A stretch of 50,502 nucleotides of DNA, taken from a virus. Shown one piece after another: positions 43,267 to 49,077 of this stretch. The stretch spans positions 1 to 50,502 of the IMG/VR virus record IMGVR_UViG_2806310411_000001; one strand, 5' to 3'. The position numbers were made by a program, and so were the translations under genes. The notes under the pieces were generated by a model that searched no databases, was not told the DNA's origin, and saw only the letters and a list, made by a program, of their open reading frames with translations. Numbering within the stretch: the first letter of the stretch is position 1; every line of letters begins with the position of its first letter.

Positions 43267-43554
43267 TTACGACTGAGGGGCCGTTTCCGGCAACGTGATC
43301 GGGGTGAACGGTCCCATGTGCTTGAAGTAACCATCGGCCTCGCTCTGCCGATAGATGAAGCCGTCCTTGCTCTGCACAAATCCCTCGGCCAATCGCTGAG
43401 GAAAATCGCCGTGCCACTTACCGATCTCTGGATAGCAGGCTGAGCACAGCGGCTTGAAGTCCTCGGCGTAGTTGGCGTCCCTTTGCTGGCGCCAATAGCC
43501 GCCACACGCGGTGTTTTCAACAGAGCCGCATTTCGAGCACATATAGAGCGGCAT
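43267..43554 (-). CDS. zinc-ribbon-like Cys-rich protein (95 aa)
   Basis: Two CxxC pairs, CSKCG...CGG and CSAC. GGGAA ribosome-binding site. Confidence 0.5.
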   Translation of the reverse strand: MPLYMCSKCGSVENTACGGYWRQQRDANYAEDFKPLCSACYPEIGKWHGDFPQRLAEGFVQSKDGFIYRQSEADGYFKHMGPFTPITLPETAPQS

Positions 43555-43572
43555 CGGCCATTCCCTTTCTAT

Positions 43573-43776
43573 TTATGTGCGCGCGGCTGCCACGTCGCCT
43601 ACCGTGATCTTGCCGGCGAGCATCAGCCGCAGAATGATTGCCACGGGCTCGGGTACGGAGCGCTCTCCGGCCACCCAACGGCGGGCGGTGCGCGGATCAG
43701 CTCCCACAAGTCTAGCCGCCCCGACCTGTGAAAGGCCGAGGCGGTCAATGGCGGCTTGAAATTGCTTAGGCGTCAT
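43573..43776 (-). CDS. small HTH DNA-binding protein (67 aa), Aca/antitoxin-like
   Basis: LGLSQVGAARLVGADPRTARRWVAGERSVPEP is a classic short HTH regulator pattern. It overlaps the upstream ORF by 11 nt. Confidence 0.6.
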   Translation of the reverse strand: MTPKQFQAAIDRLGLSQVGAARLVGADPRTARRWVAGERSVPEPVAIILRLMLAGKITVGDVAAART

Positions 43777-43951
43777 TGGTCGATTTCAGGATGTCGCGGA
43801 GACGATCGAAAGAGTCGGACGGAAGGTCAATCCGCTGGCCCTTCTCAGGGTTCCGAACAGTGGCGAATGCCCGCTCGCGCTGATCGTGGGCTTCGAAGAT
43901 GTTGATGAACCAGCCTTGTCCGAGATCATGGGTCTGCATTGCTCTCTCCAT
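43766..43951 (-). CDS. small hypothetical protein (57-61 aa), first gene behind the operator pair
   Basis: Track ORF. The alternative ATG at 43939 has a better GGAGAG site upstream. Confidence 0.5.
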   Translation of the reverse strand: MERAMQTHDLGQGWFINIFEAHDQRERAFATVRNPEKGQRIDLPSDSFDRLRDILKSTNDA

Positions 43952-43986
43952 CGCCGGGCAGGATTGCCCTTGCTGATGAACCTAAG

Positions 43987-44026
43987 ATAGGGCCAAACGT
44001 CCTATAGGGCAAGCGGTCCTATTATC
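43987..44026 (-). promoter_or_regulatory. two tandem palindromic operators ATAGG-N9-CCTAT abutting a GATAAT -10 box
   Basis: Operators at 43987..44005 and 44004..44022. The -10 box lies at 44021..44026, read on the minus strand. Confidence 0.55.
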
Positions 44027-44201
44027 ACGTATTGTTACATCTGGCCGTCATATCCTGCTCACGAGCGGCAGCCTGAACGAGGCTCGGCGGTATGCGCAGG
44101 TCACGACAGAGACCGGCGTGGTGCTTGGGGTCGGCCCCGGCGATCAGCTTGGCCAGCGCCTTGATGAACTCTCGGCGCCCGTCTTCTGTGTTCAGGTCCA
44201 T
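44025..44201 (-). CDS. hypothetical protein (58 aa, below the track cutoff)
   Basis: ATG at 44201 with GGAGG 7 nt upstream. MDLNTEDGRREFIKALAKLIAG... Confidence 0.4.
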   Translation of the reverse strand: MDLNTEDGRREFIKALAKLIAGADPKHHAGLCRDLRIPPSLVQAAAREQDMTARCNNT

Positions 44202-44204
44202 CGT

Positions 44205-44540
44205 CTATCCTCCGGTCTCACGAACACCATTCGGGACCGGCAGGGCACTCCCCTCCGCGTCGCAGTGGTCCTCGTCTGGCTCCAGCTTTTGCGGATTCTC
44301 CCGCCAGTATTCGTAGGTCCGCTGATCAGCCTTGCGGGGCTTGAGATAGTGCGGCATCTCCCAGACCGCGCCGCAGTGCTGGCACTTCACCGTGTAGGCG
44401 AAGTATCCGTCGAAGTGGTTGTGGGCGCCGCATTCGCAATGGAAGTCCATGCACACGTCGGTGCCTTTCCACTGGATAAAGGCGTGGGTTTCCTCTGGGC
44501 TGCCCTCGTCGATAAAATCTGGCATGTTCTCATCTTTCAT
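44205..44540 (-). CDS. Cys/His-rich hypothetical protein (111 aa)
   Basis: ATGA overlap with the upstream peptide gene. DVCMDFHCECGAHNHF...CQHCG. Confidence 0.5.
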   Translation of the reverse strand: MKDENMPDFIDEGSPEETHAFIQWKGTDVCMDFHCECGAHNHFDGYFAYTVKCQHCGAVWEMPHYLKPRKADQRTYEYWRENPQKLEPDEDHCDAEGSALPVPNGVRETGG

Positions 44541-44629
44541 GAGCGGCGGGCTGTATTGCCGGCGACCCAGCCAAGGGCAAACATCACAAAGCACGCGAAC
44601 AGCAAAAGCACGATTTGATCTATAGACAT
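44537..44629 (-). CDS. 30-aa transmembrane peptide
   Basis: MSIDQIVLLLFACFVMFALGWVAGNTARRS. AGGAA ribosome-binding site. Confidence 0.35.
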   Translation of the reverse strand: MSIDQIVLLLFACFVMFALGWVAGNTARRS

Positions 44630-44651
44630 CTTCGGTTCCTTGTCATGTGCT

Positions 44652-44873
44652 TCAGTCTGTTGGATCTTGATATGGCTCCAACGGAGCCATGCTGCCTGGC
44701 TCACGGCCTCCCCACATGTCGAAATATGCGTTCCCGACAAAGCCAGCGACGTGGGCTAGGGCGTAGAACAGCTTGCGTTGTTCTTGGTCGGTCTGCCTCT
44801 CCGCGTGCTCCTTGATCATGCGGCCGGCGCCAAGCCAAGCCTTGGCGTGCATGCCCAAATCATCTCGATTCAT
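44652..44873 (-). CDS. hypothetical protein (73 aa)
   Basis: Track ORF with GGGAG upstream. Confidence 0.5.
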   Translation of the reverse strand: MNRDDLGMHAKAWLGAGRMIKEHAERQTDQEQRKLFYALAHVAGFVGNAYFDMWGGREPGSMAPLEPYQDPTD

Positions 44874-45108
44874 TTTCGTCTCCCGTTTTCATTGCCCGGA
44901 TTGTAGCCGCGATCTTTTTGCGGGCCTCCTCGCGCCCGGTGTGCCGCGCATGAGTGCCATACGCCGGTAGCGACGCTAGCTCTGCGGCTCTCGCGCACCT
45001 CTCGATGATCTCGTTTCGGTGCCTTTCCTGTTCCTCGCAATAGCGCTCGTATGCAGCGCCGCCCTCAAAGGACGGGTCCCCGGGCTGTTCATATCCAGTG
45101 GTAGTCAT
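44860..45108 (-). CDS. hypothetical protein (82 aa)
   Basis: Track ORF with AGGAG upstream. Confidence 0.5.
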   Translation of the reverse strand: MTTTGYEQPGDPSFEGGAAYERYCEEQERHRNEIIERCARAAELASLPAYGTHARHTGREEARKKIAATIRAMKTGDENESR

Positions 45109-45260
45109 TTCCGTCTCCTGATGGCATTGCGGCTGGTTATCATCTTGTAGCCGTCCTCAAATTCGACGCAGCAACTGTTCATTCTTCCGCGCGCCGTGAC
45201 CCGGCAAAAATGGCCTTTGCGCCCTTGTCGATTCCAGAAGTAGACATAGGGGAAATCCAT
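45105..45260 (-). CDS. small basic Cys-containing protein (51 aa, below the track cutoff)
   Basis: MDFPYVYFWNRQGRKGHFCRVTARGRMNSCCVEFEDGY... ATGA overlap with the next gene. AGGAAG ribosome-binding site. Confidence 0.4.
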   Translation of the reverse strand: MDFPYVYFWNRQGRKGHFCRVTARGRMNSCCVEFEDGYKMITSRNAIRRRK

Positions 45261-45295
45261 GGGCGTAAGCACTTCCTATAGAACCGGCTGTCCGG

Positions 45296-45490
45296 TTACG
45301 GCCGCCAGGTTCCTTCGACGAGCTCGAACTGTCGCGCGATGTATTCCTTCGGCGCGTCGTTCTCGAGCATATCCAGCGTGAAGAACAGCCGCATGCGCGC
45401 GGTCGGGTCCTTCTCGGCGCGCGCCTGAGAATCGAGCGCGCGAGCGCCCGCGGAACGTGGTTTCGCCCTTCGTGAACTCAAGGTTCCCAC
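45296..45490 (-). CDS. hypothetical protein (start uncertain)
   Basis: Track ORF with a GTG start next to the divergent control region. An internal ATG would give a 32-aa product. Confidence 0.3.
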   Translation of the reverse strand: MGTLSSRRAKPRSAGARALDSQARAEKDPTARMRLFFTLDMLENDAPKEYIARQFELVEGTWRP

Positions 45491-45501
45491 CTTGTCGAAA
45501 A

Positions 45502-45550
45502 TGTCTGGTTATGAGATGATAGTGACCAGACAACGTATTTGCAAGGGGAC
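45502..45550. promoter_or_regulatory. inverted repeat TGTCTGGT-N15-ACCAGACA followed by ATTTGCAAGGGGAC, upstream of the lysis cassette
   Basis: Arms at 45502..45509 and 45525..45532. The second motif is at 45537..45550. It sits between divergent gene sets. Confidence 0.55.
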
Positions 45551-45554
45551 TTTC

Positions 45555-45785
45555 GTGAAGCTGATCGAAAACGCGTGGGAGGACCTCCACCGCCTATGGT
45601 CGATCCGCGCCTCGATCATGCTCAGCGTGTTCCTCGGCGTGTCCGGCCTCCTGGCCGCCTTCGTCGACACCGTGAACCCATGGGTGCTGGTCGGCGTCTC
45701 GATGGTCCTCAACGGCCTCGTCATTCCGATCCTGCGCCTCATCAAGCAGCGTGAGCCGGCGCCAGCCGCGGAGCCCGAAGCATGA
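45555..45785 (+). CDS. putative holin
   Basis: GTG start. Hydrophobic segments follow LHRLWSIRASIMLSVFLGVSGLLAAF. ATGA junction with the endolysin gene. Confidence 0.55.
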   Translation: MKLIENAWEDLHRLWSIRASIMLSVFLGVSGLLAAFVDTVNPWVLVGVSMVLNGLVIPILRLIKQREPAPAAEPEA

Positions 45786-46360
45786 GCGTCAAAAAGACAG
45801 CCGGCTATACCGGCTCGGCGGCCGTGATCGCCGCCACGGTGGCTTTCCTTCCGGCCTGGGAGGGCATGGACGCCGTCGCCAAAAAGGACATGATCGGCAC
45901 CGGCCACCCCGTGACCTACTGCTATGGCCAGACGGCCGAGTTCGGCAAGGTCAAGGAAGGCACGCGGTTCACCAAGGCCGAGTGCGACCAGAAGCTGGCC
46001 GAGAGCCTGCCGAAATATCTCGAGCAGATCCAGCCGTGCATCAAGGTCCCACTGCCGGTGAAGACGGAAGCGTCGCTCGTCGATGCCGCCTACAACGCCG
46101 GCCCGCGCGCGGTTTGCCGCTCCCCGATGCTGGCCAAGATGAACGCGGGCGATCTCGCTGGCGGCTGCCGTGCCTTCAGGGGCTGGTACACGCGCTCCGA
46201 CGGGCAGGAGCGGCGAGGGCTCATCGCGCGCCGTAGCGGCATCGGCGACGGCCGCAAGAGCGAGATGGCGCTTTGCCTCGAGGGCGTTGCGGAGGGGCTG
46301 CCGAAGCCGCCCGCGCCGGCAAAGCGGTCGTGGTTCGCATGGCTCTGGAAGCAGAAATGA
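45782..46360 (+). CDS. GH24-type lysozyme with an N-terminal SAR-like anchor
   Basis: Weakly hydrophobic N-terminus GSAAVIAATVAFLPAW, followed by an EG...D...T catalytic pattern. Confidence 0.75.
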   Translation: MSVKKTAGYTGSAAVIAATVAFLPAWEGMDAVAKKDMIGTGHPVTYCYGQTAEFGKVKEGTRFTKAECDQKLAESLPKYLEQIQPCIKVPLPVKTEASLVDAAYNAGPRAVCRSPMLAKMNAGDLAGGCRAFRGWYTRSDGQERRGLIARRSGIGDGRKSEMALCLEGVAEGLPKPPAPAKRSWFAWLWKQK

Positions 46361-46749
46361 TCGAAGCGATCCTCAAACAAGCACTGGCCGGCGTGTGGGG
46401 CGAAGTCTGGCGCTTTGGCCTCGGCTACGGCATCTGCATTTGCCTGGCGATCGCCGCCTATGTCTCGCCGGTCTTCAAGAAGCAACTGGCGTATGCGGCG
46501 CTCGCCGTCTTCATCTTCATGGTCGCCTTCACAAGCGGAGTTATCACCGGTGAAAAACGTGTTCGAGCTCAGTGGGCAGCCGCGGACGAGCTCACCCTCA
46601 AGGCCAACGAAGCGGCGCGCGCTCGCGCTGAGCGCAGTGTTGGCCGCAAGCCTGCTGGCCGGGTGCGCGACGACCGGAATGGCCCCGACTGCCGGGACTG
46701 CGAAGACGCAGTGCGCAGCGTGGCGCCGCATCACCTATTCCAAAGATGA
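46357..46749 (+). CDS. membrane coiled-coil protein, i-spanin-like
   Basis: ATGA overlap with the endolysin stop. Hydrophobic N-terminal segments, then EKRVRAQWAAADELTLKANEAARARAE. Confidence 0.5.
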   Translation: MIEAILKQALAGVWGEVWRFGLGYGICICLAIAAYVSPVFKKQLAYAALAVFIFMVAFTSGVITGEKRVRAQWAAADELTLKANEAARARAERSVGRKPAGRVRDDRNGPDCRDCEDAVRSVAPHHLFQR

Positions 46750-46819
46750 CACGTTCGAGACCGTCTGGCAGTTGCGGATCCACAACCAGACGGGCCGGAA
46801 CTTGCGATGCTGGAAGTAG
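46550..46819 (+). CDS. o-spanin-like lipoprotein overlapping the i-spanin gene in another frame
   Basis: Lipobox LLAGC after a basic N-terminus. Candidate GTG starts lie at 46550 and 46559. Confidence 0.55.
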   Translation: MKNVFELSGQPRTSSPSRPTKRRALALSAVLAASLLAGCATTGMAPTAGTAKTQCAAWRRITYSKDDTFETVWQLRIHNQTGRNLRCWK

Positions 46820-47145
46820 GGTTCGCGGAGCGGCTGGCAGCGAGCCTGCCGCGCGCGACCGACATCATTCGATCCCAACGGATCATCACTGCGGCGCTGC
46901 TTCGCGCCAGGAAGGAAGACGAAATGGCACTCGCCGATAAGGCCAGCTTGCTCGCCGAACGCATCAAGAGCATTCCCGACACGTTCGGCAAGGCCATGGA
47001 CGTGCAGCTCGCACGCCTCGACACGATCGAGCAGCGCGGCGCCGCGGCCGCCAAGCGTATGACCACGGTGGTCGACGACGTCGACGCGGCGGTGACCTCG
47101 ACCGAGAACGTCATCAACCAGATCACCAACGGGGCGCCCGACTGA
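46807..47145 (+). CDS. hypothetical coiled-coil protein (112 aa)
   Basis: Track ORF. Confidence 0.45.
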   Translation: MLEVGFAERLAASLPRATDIIRSQRIITAALLRARKEDEMALADKASLLAERIKSIPDTFGKAMDVQLARLDTIEQRGAAAAKRMTTVVDDVDAAVTSTENVINQITNGAPD

Positions 47146-47252
47146 TGCACTGGCGCCAGAAACGCGAGAGGATTAGCGGGACCGACTATTTCGTCGGCTT
47201 CGTCCTCCTGCTTCTGGCGCTTGCGCTCGTGTTGCACAAGGTCTTTCGCTGA
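47145..47252 (+). CDS. 35-aa transmembrane peptide
   Basis: TGATG overlaps at both ends. FVGFVLLLLALALVL. Confidence 0.3.
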   Translation: MHWRQKRERISGTDYFVGFVLLLLALALVLHKVFR

Positions 47253-47905
47253 TGGCCGGCGTCGATGACATCATCGCGCGCGAGAGCGCCGGCGACCCGA
47301 ACGCCACGAACAGCCGCTCGAGCGCGGGTGGCCTTGGCCAATTCATCGATTCGACGTGGCTGGACATGCTCCAGCGACATCGGCCGGACCTGCTTCAGGG
47401 GCGCTCACGCGCGGACCTGCTCCAGCTCAAATTCGACCCGCAATTGTCGAAAGACATGACCGCGGCATACGCTGCCGACAACAACGCGGTGCTCTCAAAA
47501 GCAGGCATACCCATCACGCCTGGCGCCACCTACCTGGCCCATTTCGCCGGCCCCCAGGGCGCCGTGAACGTGATGAACGCCGACCCTGCAACGCCGGTTT
47601 CGGCCATCCTGGATCGCTCCGCGATCACGTCGAATCCGTTCCTCCGGAACATGTCGGCTGCCGACCTGAGGGCCTGGGCTGACGGGAAAAAGTCGCAAAA
47701 AGGCACAAAACCGACACAAGGGCCGGTTCCCGATACCGTTCCAACACCGGAACTGGGGAATATTTTCGCACAACTTGCGCCTGTGTCACTTCCCGCATTG
47801 ACAGTTCCGTCGGCGCAACCCCAACTGGCTACGCCTTTAGTCGGTAGCGGTCCAACATTCAGCTATATCCCTGAATTGTTGAAGCGACAGAAGGCTTTGT
47901 CTTAA
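47252..47905 (+). CDS. lytic transglycosylase (SLT domain) protein
   Basis: ARESAGDPNATNSRSSAGGLGQFIDSTW matches the SLT catalytic Glu-Ser and GLxQ motifs. Confidence 0.7.
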   Translation: MAGVDDIIARESAGDPNATNSRSSAGGLGQFIDSTWLDMLQRHRPDLLQGRSRADLLQLKFDPQLSKDMTAAYAADNNAVLSKAGIPITPGATYLAHFAGPQGAVNVMNADPATPVSAILDRSAITSNPFLRNMSAADLRAWADGKKSQKGTKPTQGPVPDTVPTPELGNIFAQLAPVSLPALTVPSAQPQLATPLVGSGPTFSYIPELLKRQKALS

Positions 47906-47969
47906 CTTCGGGGTCGGCGTAGCCGCGCGTCGATGGGAATATTTTAATTCTCCGTAAATGTGCGGAGAA

Positions 47970-48015
47970 CTCCCCTTGCAAATCCACAATTGTCTGGTAT
48001 TGTCGGGTTTGTCGG
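47970..48015 (+). promoter_or_regulatory. repressor-gene control region: candidate promoter TTGCAA-N16-TATTGT overlapped by three tandem TGTC(T/G)GG repeats
   Basis: CTCCCCTTGCAAAT (47970..47983). CACAATTGTC near-palindrome (47985..47994). Repeats at 47991, 48001 and 48010. Confidence 0.5.
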
Positions 48016-48031
48016 ATTTAGGAGTTCTCTC

Positions 48032-48505
48032 ATGTCGACGATGCCCGATAAGCACCAGGATACGGACGTGGTTCGCAGACGATTTATCAATCCGCCCCCA
48101 TCGGCGGATGACGCCGGCACAGCCGCGAGCATTCAGGCAGCGAAGCGAGAATTCGCAAAACGGCTTCAGCAGTTCATGACCGACAAGGGCTGGAATCAGT
48201 CCGATCTCGCGCGAGCTGCGGCCAAGTTCATGCCCGACAAGAAGTTCAACCGCGACAACGTTTCGCTCTACGTTCGAGCGCAGCAGTTGCCCGGCCCGGT
48301 GCGCCTGCGCGCCATGGCCAAGGCGTTGAACATCGAGGAGACCAAGCTGATCCCGCCTGGCGCGACGGCGAGCGTCGACGAGGACGCACCGCCCCTGGCC
48401 ATGCGGCCGCTCGGGAGCGGCAACGTCTGGCTTCAGATCAACCAGGCGGTCCCGCAAGACATCGCTCTCAAGATCATCACGCTGCTCGGCTCGGTGTCGA
48501 AATGA
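48032..48505 (+). CDS. XRE-family HTH repressor (CI-like)
   Basis: FAKRLQQFMTDKGWNQSDLARAAAKF is an XRE-type HTH. AGGAG ribosome-binding site. Located next to the xis-like and int genes. Confidence 0.7.
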   Translation: MSTMPDKHQDTDVVRRRFINPPPSADDAGTAASIQAAKREFAKRLQQFMTDKGWNQSDLARAAAKFMPDKKFNRDNVSLYVRAQQLPGPVRLRAMAKALNIEETKLIPPGATASVDEDAPPLAMRPLGSGNVWLQINQAVPQDIALKIITLLGSVSK

Positions 48506-49077
48506 ACGGCCTAAAGGCGCCTCCGAATGGGTGCGAGGAGGCATCAATCCTCTCCACGGTTAGCTACATACCGTGTGGCGCGCCCGCAGTGGCGGTTGTC
48601 GGATGGAAGGGACGAAGCGATTCACCCATCCGTATGTGCGAGCAATGCGAATGGCACAACGTAAAGAACCGCGGCGGGTATCGAGTGGAAGCTTTTCTCG
48701 CACCGACCAATGAACCCAAGGCCGACCCGCTCCGCACTCCCGGCTACGTCGCCAAGAAATTCGGCGTAGCCGTCCCCACCGTCCGCTATTGGATCGCGGT
48801 GGAATTGTTGACAGTTGAGACCAGGACGCCGGGCGGCCACGCCCGCTTCCGTGACAGCGAAGTGGAGCGGTTATGGCGAGACCTCGACGCGAAGAACCGG
48901 TGCTCAAAAAGCGGGAAAACGGCATCTGGTACGCTACCTGGTACGACGGCGGCCTCAAGAGAGAACGCCGTCAAAGTCTGGACACCCGCGACCACGCCGC
49001 CGCGGCCATCAAGTTCGCCGAGTTCCTCGTCAAAGGACCCGACGATCCCCGCGTCCGTCCCAGCGTTCCTGGACTGA
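48502..49077 (+). CDS. Cys-rich N-terminal domain plus MerR/excisionase-type HTH (Xis-like); the 3-prime 205 nt overlap int
   Basis: PGYVAKKFGVAVPTVRYWIAVELL...GGHARFRDSEVERLW is an HTH_17-like pattern. The N-terminus carries CEQCEW. Confidence 0.55.
   Translation: MNGLKAPPNGCEEASILSTVSYIPCGAPAVAVVGWKGRSDSPIRMCEQCEWHNVKNRGGYRVEAFLAPTNEPKADPLRTPGYVAKKFGVAVPTVRYWIAVELLTVETRTPGGHARFRDSEVERLWRDLDAKNRCSKSGKTASGTLPGTTAASRENAVKVWTPATTPPRPSSSPSSSSKDPTIPASVPAFLD

Noticed and set aside
41535-43298. A 587-aa plus-strand ORF overlapping the end of the 969-aa protein through the SGNH gene.
   Set aside because: It is Arg/Pro/Ala/Gly-rich and out of frame with four consecutive well-coupled genes. It is a GC-driven shadow ORF.
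45492-45554. The ATG at 45492 as the holin start (MSKMSGYEMIVTRQRICKGTF...).
   Set aside because: This extension is a translation of the inverted-repeat and GCAAGGGGA control elements. The GTG at 45555 begins the conserved hydrophobic protein.
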